Origin: a candidate division WOR-3 bacterium | GTDB taxonomy: Bacteria > Hydrothermota > Hydrothermia > LBFQ01 | Length of the DNA: 64,000 bases | Assembly: GCA_027003075.1 (NCBI GenBank) | Contig: JALWYV010000001.1 | Span: 24,128-88,127 of the forward strand | Direction: 5' to 3' | Part shown: positions 9,709-18,982 of the stretch, one piece after another | Layout: every line of letters begins with the position of its first letter | Numbering within the stretch: the first letter of the stretch is position 1 | The notes under the pieces: model-generated | Told to the model about the DNA's origin: nothing | The model's input: only the letters and a program-made list of their open reading frames with translations | The model's database searches: none | Position numbers and translations under genes: made by a program

Positions 9709-10203
9709 ATGAAGTGGGATTTCATAGACGAGTACGAGGCATGGGCTTTCAAGATCTCCCTTGGTCTCGTTCTGGTGTTCTTCGTGGCCGTTATAGGTAT
9801 AGCCGTCCTCAAGGGGATAGACGTACCCACGTGCGTCACCGACTTCAAGCCCTTTGACAAGGGCGAACTCGTCCAGATAGGGCCCAGGGAGTACCAGTTG
9901 AAACTCCTCGCCCGCATGTGGTCTTTCCAGCCCAACGAAGTGGTTATACCTGTGGGATCTAAAGTAACCATATACACCACGAGCCTTGACGTACAGCACG
10001 GTTTTGAGATAGAGGGGAAGGCCGTTAACCTGATGACCATCCCCGGAGCCGTGAACAAGGCTGAGATAGTCTTCAACAGGCCCGGTGAGTACCGCTTCGT
10101 CTGTAACGAGTTCTGCGGCATAGGGCACCAGAGCATGTACGGCGTTATAAAGGTCCTGCCCGAGGCCGAGTACGAGAAGTGGAAGCAGGAACACGGAATG
10201 TAG
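9709..10203 (+). CDS. cbaB: cytochrome c oxidase subunit II, ba3-type (CuA cupredoxin)
   Basis: CuA site 'RPGEYRFVCNEFCGIGHQSMYG' (C-x-E-x-C-G-x2-H-x2-M) with one N-terminal transmembrane helix. The RBS AAGAGGAGG lies upstream. Confidence 0.85.
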   Translation: MKWDFIDEYEAWAFKISLGLVLVFFVAVIGIAVLKGIDVPTCVTDFKPFDKGELVQIGPREYQLKLLARMWSFQPNEVVIPVGSKVTIYTTSLDVQHGFEIEGKAVNLMTIPGAVNKAEIVFNRPGEYRFVCNEFCGIGHQSMYGVIKVLPEAEYEKWKQEHGM

Positions 10204-10213
10204 GAGGCGAAAC

Positions 10214-11878
10214 ATGAAGATAGAAAAGTACCTGAGGAACATAACCTTCTGGCATATGATGATAGGGATCCTCTCCCTCGCCACGGGCGTTACCTTCGGA
10301 CTCTTTCAGGTTCTGGCGAGGGCGGGGATATACAAGTACGGTAGCTTTACCTACGGAACGAAGATATACTATCAGGGTCTTACCCTCCACGGCGTTCTTA
10401 ACGCCATAGTGTTTACCACCTTCTTTATAGTGGGATTCCTCTACATCGTAACGGAGGTGTCCCTCAAGAGGAAGCTTAACAGGGGGCTGGTACACCTCTC
10501 CTTCTGGACGATGGTCGTGGGAACCCTCCTCGCCGCGTGGGCGATCCTCACGAACAAGGCCACGGTTCTTTACACCTTCTACCCTCCCCTTCAGGCCCAC
10601 CCGGCCTTCTACATAGGTGCTACCCTCCTGATAGTGGGGTCCTGGATAGCCATCCTGAACACCGTTATAACCCACCTGAAATGGCGTAATGAGAATCCTG
10701 GCAAACTTACACCCCCTCCGATGGTCGCCGTTCACGCCACGTACGCCGTCTGGTTCCTCGCTACGATCGGTGTGGCCGTTGAGGTCCTGTTCTTCCTGAT
10801 ACCCTGGTCCCTCGGTCTCGTTAAGAGCATTAACCCCGAACTCGCCCGTACCCTATTCTGGTGGTTCGGGCATCCTCTCGTTTACTTCTGGCTCCTTCCG
10901 GCCTATCTGTCCTGGTACTTCCTTCTGCCCCGTATAGCGGGCGGCAAACTTTACTCCGAGCCCATGGCCCGTGTAGTCTTCCTCATGTTCATACTCTTTT
11001 CCCTTCCCGTGGGTACCCACCACCAGTTCTCCGACCCCGGTATAAGCAGCACGTGGAAAGCCGTACAGGCCTTCCTGACCTTCATGGTGGCCGTACCCTC
11101 ACTCCTCACGGCCTTCAACCTCGCCGCCTCCCTTGAGTACGCCGGCCGTGTGAGGGGCGGGAACGGTCTATTCGGCTGGATAAAGAAACTTCCCTGGGGT
11201 GACTACCGCTTTGCCGGAATGATTGGCCCCATGATAGTGTTCATATTCGGAGGTATAAGCGGTATAGTGAACGCCTCTTACAACGTAAACCAGGTCGTAC
11301 ACAACACCTCCTGGATACCGGGACACTTCCACCTTACGGTCGGTACGGCTTCCGCCATGACCTTTCTCACCCTCTCCTACATCCTCATGGAGAAGCTCTT
11401 CGGCAAGAGGCCGTGGAGCAAGAAGCTGGCCACGTGGCACGCCTACCTCTGGGTCGTTGGCGTTCTAATATTCTCCTGGGGCATGATGCAGCTCGGCCGT
11501 GCCGGTATACCGAGGAGGACACACCTCGGTCTCTCCCCTTACATGAACCTTGAAGAGAAGATCCTCATGGGTATATCCGCCGTTGGCGGTGTCCTGATGT
11601 TCACTTCCTTCCTTATCTACTTCATAAACTTCCTCGCCACCGTCTTCAAGAAGCCCGACGTTGCTAACGTTGAAGAGGTTGATCTGGAGTTCACGGACGC
11701 CTACCACAGGGAGAACGAGAACCTTCCGCGTTATCTGGATAACTTCACCATCTGGATCGCAATAGCGGTCTTCCTCCTCATTGTCACGTACGGACCTATA
11801 TTCTACGACGTCTTCCGCTCCACCTACGCCGTACCCAACGCCTTTAGCCCGTTCAACCCGCTTAACCTGATAAAGTAG
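10214..11878 (+). CDS. cbaA: cytochrome c oxidase subunit I, ba3-type heme-copper oxidase
   Basis: 554 aa polytopic membrane protein with the 'WFGHPLVYFWLLPAY' heme-copper oxidase signature. Its size matches ba3-type subunit I. Confidence 0.9.
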   Translation: MKIEKYLRNITFWHMMIGILSLATGVTFGLFQVLARAGIYKYGSFTYGTKIYYQGLTLHGVLNAIVFTTFFIVGFLYIVTEVSLKRKLNRGLVHLSFWTMVVGTLLAAWAILTNKATVLYTFYPPLQAHPAFYIGATLLIVGSWIAILNTVITHLKWRNENPGKLTPPPMVAVHATYAVWFLATIGVAVEVLFFLIPWSLGLVKSINPELARTLFWWFGHPLVYFWLLPAYLSWYFLLPRIAGGKLYSEPMARVVFLMFILFSLPVGTHHQFSDPGISSTWKAVQAFLTFMVAVPSLLTAFNLAASLEYAGRVRGGNGLFGWIKKLPWGDYRFAGMIGPMIVFIFGGISGIVNASYNVNQVVHNTSWIPGHFHLTVGTASAMTFLTLSYILMEKLFGKRPWSKKLATWHAYLWVVGVLIFSWGMMQLGRAGIPRRTHLGLSPYMNLEEKILMGISAVGGVLMFTSFLIYFINFLATVFKKPDVANVEEVDLEFTDAYHRENENLPRYLDNFTIWIAIAVFLLIVTYGPIFYDVFRSTYAVPNAFSPFNPLNLIK

Positions 11879-11897
11879 TCGGAAAACCTACCGTTAA

Positions 11898-11931
11898 GGG
11901 GGGACTTATTTGCAAAGTCCCCCCTTTTTTT
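11898..11931 (+). terminator. rho-independent terminator after cbaA
   Basis: Hairpin GGGGGGAC/GTCCCCCC with an 11-nt loop, followed by a T7 run. Confidence 0.6.
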
Positions 11932-11959
11932 ATGCCGTTCAATCTTATAATTTTCCGTC

Positions 11960-14062
11960 ATGCTCTGGATTATAAGTGTCAGCTTGCCGGAAGCGTATAT
12001 AAAGGCGGTACTTAGAAATAAGCCGTCCAATGCACACCTGATTAAGGTACCTCGCTCTTCCGCCTATAGCCCCTACATGGACGTAGGTGGGTACGGGTAC
12101 CTGATACTATCCAATCAGGACGGGGATCCAGTCACCTTCAACTACGTAGACATATCCGGCACGGGCACGCCTGTGGGAGCGGGAGACGACTGGTGTTCCG
12201 GATCCGATGCAGGTACGCTCTACTACCTCGGATTCTCGTTCCCGTTCTACGATCAGACGAGGGACTCCATATCAATCTGTTCCAACGGTACGGTGATACT
12301 GGAGAACACTTCCACGTACATAGGCCTTTCCAACACCTCCCTTCCCGACACCATTCGGGCCGGCTTCGTGGCCGTAATGTGGGACGACCTCAACCCCACC
12401 GCCTCCGGGGCAGATGACATATACTTCCAGTCCTTCTCCTCCTGTCCCGACGGATACTCCGGCGCCTGTGCTGTAGTACAGTACAATAACGTTCCGAGAT
12501 TTGGCGGAAGCGTCTTCATGAACTTTGAGGTCATATTCTACGATAACGGGAACATAAAGCTCCAGTACAACTCCGCCGTTGATTACAACGATGCCACGGT
12601 GGGCATGCAGGACTCCACCGCCGCCACAGGCACGAACCCCGATTGGTACGTGCAGTACGTTTATGGTGGCATACCCGACAACCACGTCCCCGATAGCGGC
12701 ACGGCCATCCTCATAAGGTTCGTTCCTGTACAGACCAACGACGTTTTAGTGTTTGATGTTAACCCGGACGAGCTTATCCCCGTTTCCCCCGTTAGCGTGA
12801 CGGCTCAGGTGTTCAACGCCGACACCCTCCCCATCACTGGGTTCACCTTCCACGTTGACGTATACGATACCGTGACGAACACCGTAGTATTCTCGGCGGA
12901 TACTTCGGTAGATCTCTCCCCACGGAATATAAACACGGTCACCTTCTCCGCGTTCACGCCTTCCGACCGTATGTACTACAGGGCCGTGGTCTACGTGACG
13001 GACAGCCGGGATCCTGACCCGACCTACGACACATCTCAGACCCGCTTCAGAACCCACGTGAGAGTTGGGGACGTTCTGGGCACCTTCTCCCTCAGGGTAG
13101 ATCCTCTCCTCGGTCAGAACTTCTGGTTCATAACCTACAACCCGACCTATCAGAGGTACTTCATAAGCGACTACTACGGCGGAGTGTACTCCTTTGATCC
13201 GGGTGATCCCGCCGGTACCTTCAGGATGGAGACATGGGCCTTCGCTCCGGTTTACGACCCCTACCTCAACCATCCCTTCGGCATAGCCACGGATAACGAC
13301 AGCCTCTTCTTCCTCGGACACCTTGAGTACGACGGCTGGTACGTCTACGGTGAGGCTCTGGCATCCTACCGGGAGGTATCCCCCGGAGTTTTCGCCTGGA
13401 CCGGAGATTCCCTTGACCTCTTCTCTATAGCCGCGGCCATAACCTACGGAATGGACTACCAGACCGGAACCCGCGACGCCCTATGGCTCGTAATGTCCGA
13501 CGGAACGGCTCACGCCGCCACCCTCATCAACCCCACGACCGGTACCGTGCGCAAGAACGTTCCTCTCACCGGCCTTCTGGATATACCCACGGGTATATCC
13601 TACCTCCCCTACACCGGAGAACTCCTCCTGACGGACGGTAAGAAGGTTTACCGTGTTGACACCATGGGAAACATCGTGGACGCCTACTATACCCCCGGGA
13701 ACCTTCCTCTCTACGACCTTGACGTATACGAGGCCTGTTCTGGAGGTTCAACCAATCCCGTCGTGGCCTACGCCGTAACGCCCGGAGACACCCTGAACAC
13801 CGTCCATATCGTCGCCACGGGATACTACTGTGACGAGGTCATAAGCGTGGCCGAGAGGCCGAAGGTGGAGAAGGAGAAGGTCAGCCTGTACGTGAGCGGC
13901 AGGACGGTGAGACTGCGTGGAGCCGACGGCGTAGCCTACGTCTACGACCTCGCCGGCAGGCGCGTTGGCACCTTCAGGGCGTCCGAAACCTTCACCTTCA
14001 ACCGTAGCGGGGTGTTCTTCGTGAAAGCCGAAGATCGCGTCTTCAAGGTAGTCGTGAGGTAA
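11960..14062 (+). CDS. large secreted protein with a T9SS-like C-terminal sorting domain
   Basis: 700 aa, Thr/Asp/Tyr-rich beta-type composition. The C-terminus '...GVFFVKAEDRVFKVVVR' matches the T9SS type-A CTD pattern and resembles the tails of the genes at 34467 and 23389. Confidence 0.6.
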   Translation: MLWIISVSLPEAYIKAVLRNKPSNAHLIKVPRSSAYSPYMDVGGYGYLILSNQDGDPVTFNYVDISGTGTPVGAGDDWCSGSDAGTLYYLGFSFPFYDQTRDSISICSNGTVILENTSTYIGLSNTSLPDTIRAGFVAVMWDDLNPTASGADDIYFQSFSSCPDGYSGACAVVQYNNVPRFGGSVFMNFEVIFYDNGNIKLQYNSAVDYNDATVGMQDSTAATGTNPDWYVQYVYGGIPDNHVPDSGTAILIRFVPVQTNDVLVFDVNPDELIPVSPVSVTAQVFNADTLPITGFTFHVDVYDTVTNTVVFSADTSVDLSPRNINTVTFSAFTPSDRMYYRAVVYVTDSRDPDPTYDTSQTRFRTHVRVGDVLGTFSLRVDPLLGQNFWFITYNPTYQRYFISDYYGGVYSFDPGDPAGTFRMETWAFAPVYDPYLNHPFGIATDNDSLFFLGHLEYDGWYVYGEALASYREVSPGVFAWTGDSLDLFSIAAAITYGMDYQTGTRDALWLVMSDGTAHAATLINPTTGTVRKNVPLTGLLDIPTGISYLPYTGELLLTDGKKVYRVDTMGNIVDAYYTPGNLPLYDLDVYEACSGGSTNPVVAYAVTPGDTLNTVHIVATGYYCDEVISVAERPKVEKEKVSLYVSGRTVRLRGADGVAYVYDLAGRRVGTFRASETFTFNRSGVFFVKAEDRVFKVVVR

Positions 14063-14083
14063 GAAGAACCTTTCCACTCTTTC

Positions 14084-14108
14084 GGGGGGCCGTGCGGCCC
14101 CCCTTTTT
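14084..14108 (+). terminator. rho-independent terminator
   Basis: Hairpin GGGGGGCC-GTGC-GGCCCCCC followed by a T5 run. Confidence 0.6.
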
Positions 14109-14133
14109 GTTAGGGCGACTCTAAAATACCCTG

Positions 14134-14658
14134 ATGCGTCTGCTGAAAGAGAAGGTGGTGTATAAGGGCAGTTTCATGGATTTCGTCGTAAGGGAGTACG
14201 AGATAAACGGGAAGGTAAAGGTCCGTCAACTGGTCAAACATCCCGGTGCCGTCGTTATGATACCCGTCCTCCCCGACGGCCGGATAATATACGAGAAACA
14301 GTACAGGTTCGCCGTGGGGGACTACATATACGAGCTTCCGGCCGGGACCCTTGAGCCGGGTGAAGATCCCCTTGAGACGGCGAAAAGGGAACTGATAGAG
14401 GAAACCGGATACAGGGCGGAGCAGTGGCGGAAACTCGCCGAATTCTACCTCGCTCCGGGCTACTCCACCGAGTACATGCACCTCTACGTGGCCGAAGGTC
14501 TTACTTTCGTGGGTGAAGACAGGGACGAGGACGAGGATATTACTCTCGTCCTTATGACGCCGGAGGAGGCGGAGAGGGCGGTAAAGGAGAACGTATTTAA
14601 GGATGCCAAGACCATCCTCGGTACGCTGATGTACCTGAAGGAGATCCGGGGGTGTTAG
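14134..14658 (+). CDS. NUDIX hydrolase (ADP-ribose pyrophosphatase-like)
   Basis: Has the Nudix box 'GTLEPGEDPLETAKRELIEETGY'. Confidence 0.8.
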   Translation: MRLLKEKVVYKGSFMDFVVREYEINGKVKVRQLVKHPGAVVMIPVLPDGRIIYEKQYRFAVGDYIYELPAGTLEPGEDPLETAKRELIEETGYRAEQWRKLAEFYLAPGYSTEYMHLYVAEGLTFVGEDRDEDEDITLVLMTPEEAERAVKENVFKDAKTILGTLMYLKEIRGC

Positions 14659-14690
14659 AGGGTATCTCATCCATCGTATAATCTACACCC

Positions 14691-14876
14691 GTGCTTAAGA
14701 AGGAACTCCTTGAGGTTATAGCCTGCCCGAAATGTAAGGGGGAGTTGACCTATTGCCCGAAGAGGAACGAACTGAGATGCTACCGCTGTAAGCTTGTCTA
14801 CCGCGTTGAGGACGATATACCCATCCTCCTCGTTGAGGAGGCAAAACCCCTGAAAGAAGATGAGCCTTGCGAATAA
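14691..14876 (+). CDS. Trm112-family small zinc-ribbon protein (UPF0434)
   Basis: 61 aa with 'CPKCKGEL...CYRCKLVYRVEDDIPILL', the Trm112/YcaR signature. Overlaps the dnaX start by 17 nt. Confidence 0.7.
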   Translation: MLKKELLEVIACPKCKGELTYCPKRNELRCYRCKLVYRVEDDIPILLVEEAKPLKEDEPCE

Positions 14877-16251
14877 GTACAGGCCAAGGACGTTTGAAGA
14901 GGTCGTAGGTCAGAAGTTCGTAAAGAGGGTTTTAGCCCGCGCCCTTGATCGCAAGGACATACCCCACGCCCTGTTGTTTGCCGGTCCCAGAGGCATAGGG
15001 AAGACAACCCTCGCCCGGATATTCGCCAAGGGACTGAACTGCGAGGCAGGGCCCACTTCTAAGCCCTGCGGGGTGTGTCGTTTCTGTAAGGAGATAGACG
15101 AGGGCAGGAGCGTTGACGTGGTTGAGATAGACGCCGCATCCAACCGCGGCATAGAGAACGTAAGGGAGATACAGGAACAGCTCCGTTACATGCCCGTCTC
15201 CCGGTACAGGGTGTACATAATAGACGAGGTCCACATGCTCACCACCGAGGCCTTCAACTCCCTTCTTAAAACCCTTGAGGAGCCACCGCCCTACGTCGTC
15301 TTCGTTCTCGCCACCACCGACCCCCACAGGATACCGGCCACCGTCCTATCCCGTCTCCAGAAGTTCAACCTGAAGCCTCACTCCGTATCCGATATAGTGG
15401 AGAGGCTTAAGTACGTGGCGGCGAAGGAGGGGATATCCGTGACGGACGAGGCCCTGCGCATGATAGCCGAGAGATCCGAGGGGAGCCTCCGGGACGCCCT
15501 CGTGATGTTGGAGCAGGCCCACATATACTCCGACGGTACGGTTACGGAGAAGGACGTATCCGACATGCTCGGCGTCGTGCCGGACAACCTCTACTCCCTC
15601 TTTATGGACGACGTGGTTAAGGGGAACTTCAAGGAGGCCTACGACAGGGTGATGGAGATAACGGAGAGGTTCTCCCCTCAGGAGTTCGCTTCCGGTCTGG
15701 TGAGGTATCTGGAGAGGAGGTTGATGGTGAAGGATGGCCTGTCCTTTGAAGAAAAGGTTGTACTCCTGCGTATGGCTCTGGATATGGAGGTACACATAAG
15801 GCAGTCCTCCGACCCCTACGCCTGGATAGTGTACGACGTGGCCCGGATGTCGGCCTTCAGGAGGGTAGTAAACCTTGACGAGATAAGTCGTTACCTCGGA
15901 GATCCGAACAAGGTACCACCACCCGTAGGGTACGCCCCCCCTACCCCTCCCGCTGGAGAGAGTGAGCCTCAACCGGTGCCAACCGAACCTACCGTAGAAG
16001 ATCCGATTGAGGTTATAAGAAAGAAGAACCCTACCGTAGCCGGGTACCTGTCGGACGCCACCTATACGAAGGATGGGGATACCCTCCACGTCGTGGTGAG
16101 CAGCAGGATAGTCGCCCAGAAGGTTGAGAAGGCGGCCGACCTCGTTAAGGATGCCTTTGGCGTCTCCGAAATTAAAGTTCAGGTGAAGAAGGTCCAGAAT
16201 TACCGGGATCTGTTTGACGAGATAAGGAAGGACTGGGAGAGCGTAGACTGA
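14860..16251 (+). CDS. dnaX: DNA polymerase III subunit gamma/tau (short form)
   Basis: Has the 'KYRPRTFEEVVGQ', Walker A 'GPRGIGKTT', zinc module 'CGVCRFCKE' and 'SRLQKF' motifs. At 463 aa it lacks the tau C-terminal domains. Confidence 0.9.
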   Translation: MSLANKYRPRTFEEVVGQKFVKRVLARALDRKDIPHALLFAGPRGIGKTTLARIFAKGLNCEAGPTSKPCGVCRFCKEIDEGRSVDVVEIDAASNRGIENVREIQEQLRYMPVSRYRVYIIDEVHMLTTEAFNSLLKTLEEPPPYVVFVLATTDPHRIPATVLSRLQKFNLKPHSVSDIVERLKYVAAKEGISVTDEALRMIAERSEGSLRDALVMLEQAHIYSDGTVTEKDVSDMLGVVPDNLYSLFMDDVVKGNFKEAYDRVMEITERFSPQEFASGLVRYLERRLMVKDGLSFEEKVVLLRMALDMEVHIRQSSDPYAWIVYDVARMSAFRRVVNLDEISRYLGDPNKVPPPVGYAPPTPPAGESEPQPVPTEPTVEDPIEVIRKKNPTVAGYLSDATYTKDGDTLHVVVSSRIVAQKVEKAADLVKDAFGVSEIKVQVKKVQNYRDLFDEIRKDWESVD

Positions 16252-16303
16252 CCCGTTGCAAACCCTTCCCTGTCCCATGCCTCTCCCTCTTTAGAATGGG
16301 GCG

Positions 16304-17548
16304 ATGTTTCGCAGGTTGAAGTCCGAAATTTCCTTCAAAGGTAAGGGTTTGCACACCGGAGAGGAGTGCGAGGTTACCGTACGGCCGTCGGAGTCGGGGT
16401 ACGTCTTCATAAAGGATGGAGTCTCTATCCCGGCCCTCTACGAGAACGTCTGCGACACTACCCGGAACACCACCCTCTGCAGGGATGACGTAAAGGTTAT
16501 GACGGTGGAACACCTGCTGTCCGCTCTGTACGGTCTGAGGATTCTGGGGGCGGAAATAGAGGTAAGGGGACCGGAGATCCCGGCTCTGGACGGTTCTGCT
16601 CTGGAGTTCGCACAGGCCTTCTACGACCACTCCGAGACCGTAGGCGAAGGCAGGGCGTACAGGCTCAAGATGCCCATCGTTTACGGTGAAAACGGAGCGG
16701 AGATAAGGGGTCTGCCCTCGGATTCCCTTCGGGTGTCCTACGCCATAGAGTACACGTCTCCCATCCGGTACAGCGCCTTTATAGACGTCGTTATAACGCC
16801 TGAGACCTACCTGAAGGAGATCGCTCCGGCCCGGACGTTCGCCTTTGAAGATGAGGTGAAGGAGCTGCTCTCCAGAGGTCTGGCGAAGGGGGGAAGTCTG
16901 GACAACGCCCTGATATTAACCGAAAGTGGCCCGAGGAACGAGAGGATCCCGGACGAGGCCGTAAGGCACAAGGTTCTGGACTTTCTCGGCGATCTCGCCC
17001 TGACGGGCAGGTTTATAGACGGGCATTACGTCGTCTTCCGGGGTGGCCACGCCTCCCACACGGCCTTCTCTCAAAAGCTCTACGAGGAAGGGATATGGGG
17101 CGACGAGCTGGATATTAAGGATATTTTATCCCTCCTCCCCCACCGTTACCCCTTTCTCCTCGTGGACAGGATAGTACACCTTGACGACAGGAGGGTCGTT
17201 GGCATAAAGAACGTCACGTTCAACGAGGACTTCTTCAACGGTCACTTTCCGGGTGAACCTATAATGCCGGGAGTCCTCCAGATAGAGGCCCTGGCGCAGG
17301 TCGCAGGTGTGGGTATGGCCTACAAACTCCGGGAGATGAACAGGGGGAACGTCCTTCCCCTATTCGCTGGAGTGGAGAACGTCCGCTTCCGGAGGGTAGT
17401 AAGGCCGGGAGATACGTTGATACTTGAAGCCACTCTACTCCGCTTCGGTGGAAGGCTGGCCAAGGCCAGAGGTAGGGCGTTCGTGGACGGAGAATTAGTT
17501 GCCGAGGTCGTGATGATAGCCACCTTCGTTGAGCGGGATACCCTTTGA
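16304..17548 (+). CDS. lpxC/fabZ: bifunctional UDP-3-O-acyl-GlcNAc deacetylase / 3-hydroxyacyl-ACP dehydratase (LpxC-FabZ fusion)
   Basis: The N-terminal ~270 aa are LpxC-like. The C-terminal hotdog domain 'HRYPFLLVDRIVHL...FFNGHFPGEPIMPGVLQIEALAQ' is FabZ. Confidence 0.9.
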   Translation: MFRRLKSEISFKGKGLHTGEECEVTVRPSESGYVFIKDGVSIPALYENVCDTTRNTTLCRDDVKVMTVEHLLSALYGLRILGAEIEVRGPEIPALDGSALEFAQAFYDHSETVGEGRAYRLKMPIVYGENGAEIRGLPSDSLRVSYAIEYTSPIRYSAFIDVVITPETYLKEIAPARTFAFEDEVKELLSRGLAKGGSLDNALILTESGPRNERIPDEAVRHKVLDFLGDLALTGRFIDGHYVVFRGGHASHTAFSQKLYEEGIWGDELDIKDILSLLPHRYPFLLVDRIVHLDDRRVVGIKNVTFNEDFFNGHFPGEPIMPGVLQIEALAQVAGVGMAYKLREMNRGNVLPLFAGVENVRFRRVVRPGDTLILEATLLRFGGRLAKARGRAFVDGELVAEVVMIATFVERDTL

Positions 17549-17583
17549 CGTGGGGGACCAATCCGGGGTAAAATACTGTACCT

Positions 17584-17886
17584 ATGATACCGATCAACCT
17601 GCACTTTAAGAACTTCCCGGCTACGGAGGCTCTGGAAAACTACATAAACAAGCGGTTCAAATCTCTGGAGAAGTTCAAGGATCTCGTGATGCACGTGGAC
17701 CTTCACATGGCCGAGGAGAGGGGTCAGTACGTCGGTACGGCCGTCGCCAAGCTCAAGGGAAAGACCGTAAGGGTAGAGGCCCGGAACAAGGATCCCATGT
17801 CCGTCGTGGACGAAATAAAGGATATACTTCTGCGCGAGGTGAAGAGGGAGAAGGAAAAGATTAAGCTAGAGAGACGCCGGAGTTGA
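17584..17886 (+). CDS. hpf: ribosome hibernation-promoting factor (HPF/RaiA, short form)
   Basis: 100 aa beginning 'INLHFKNFPATEALENYINKRFKSLEKF', the S30EA-family signature. Confidence 0.8.
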   Translation: MIPINLHFKNFPATEALENYINKRFKSLEKFKDLVMHVDLHMAEERGQYVGTAVAKLKGKTVRVEARNKDPMSVVDEIKDILLREVKREKEKIKLERRRS

Positions 17887-18974
17887 TACTTACGAAGATT
17901 GACCGGTACGTTCTGCGGGAGTACCTGAAGGTTTTCCTCGTCCTCGTCGTCGGTGTTATTGGCATCTTCGTGGTGGTGAACTTCTTTGAGATGATGGACA
18001 AGATAGCCGACCACAAGCCCTCTCCTTTGTCTATCGCCAGATACTACGCGTGGATGGTTCCCTACCTCCTGAGCATACTCATGCCCATAGCCGAACTCCT
18101 CGCCTGCTTCTTCTCCGTGGGTGAGATGAACCGGAGGTTGGAGATACTGGCCCTTAAAGCCTCCGGTGTGGACGTCTGGAGGGTGTTCCTTCCCATACTC
18201 CTGCTCGGCGTTATAAATACCGGCATAGGGATATACCTCAACTGGGAACTCGTCCCCAAAGGCAGGTTGAGGGCGGCGGAGATAAAGGCACGGGAGATTG
18301 AGAAGCGGAAGAACCTGCCCAGCCGTACCTTCGCCCGGAACCTCTCCTTCTTCGGTGAGGGAAACAGGTTGTACTTCTTTACCTACATAAACGCGAAGGA
18401 AAACAGGGCGCAGGGGATATCCATATTCATGTTTGACAGTGCGGGGAAGATCAGGGAGAGGATGGACGCCGTAGTCGCAAAGTACGCGGGTGGAAAGTGG
18501 ACGCTTGAGGGCGTGGTACACAGGGTATTTCAGGGCGAGGACGAGATACTGAGGAGGTACGCAAAGTACACGGACACACTCATGAAGGAGACCCCGGCCC
18601 AGTTCCTTAAACCCCTCGGCGACTCCCTTATGACGACTCCGGAACTTCTCCACAGGATAGACTTCCTGAACAGGGCGGGTCTGGTAAACTACGAGGAGAG
18701 GACGGAACTCGCCATCCGTTTCCTCTTCCCCATAATGAACTTCATCATCCTGCTCATCGGCCTGCCTCTGGCCGTCTTCTCAAGCACCAGAGGGGGCAAC
18801 AGGGCGGTATCCTTCGGTTCTGCACTGTTTCTGGCCTTCTTCTACTGGGGAGCATTGCAGTCTGCCCGCGCCTTCGGGGAGACGGGGAAACTGGATCCGT
18901 GGATAGCCGCTTCCATTCCTAACGTTCTATTCCTGCTTCTGGCCATTCCGCTCATGATGAGAATGCATAGGTAA
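17883..18974 (+). CDS. LptF/LptG-family LPS export permease
   Basis: YjgP/YjgQ-type membrane protein with an 'IDRYVLREYLKVF' N-terminus and a periplasmic beta-jellyroll segment. Confidence 0.8.
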   Translation: MILTKIDRYVLREYLKVFLVLVVGVIGIFVVVNFFEMMDKIADHKPSPLSIARYYAWMVPYLLSILMPIAELLACFFSVGEMNRRLEILALKASGVDVWRVFLPILLLGVINTGIGIYLNWELVPKGRLRAAEIKAREIEKRKNLPSRTFARNLSFFGEGNRLYFFTYINAKENRAQGISIFMFDSAGKIRERMDAVVAKYAGGKWTLEGVVHRVFQGEDEILRRYAKYTDTLMKETPAQFLKPLGDSLMTTPELLHRIDFLNRAGLVNYEERTELAIRFLFPIMNFIILLIGLPLAVFSSTRGGNRAVSFGSALFLAFFYWGALQSARAFGETGKLDPWIAASIPNVLFLLLAIPLMMRMHR

Positions 18975-18982
18975 GTCCGTTC

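Noticed and set aside
9497-9712. 71-aa ORF in the track, upstream of cbaB
   Set aside because: It is in a different frame from the 43-aa subunit IIa-like ORF, which is conserved and well positioned (it ends 5 nt before cbaB). The 71-aa product is Gly/Arg-rich nonsense.
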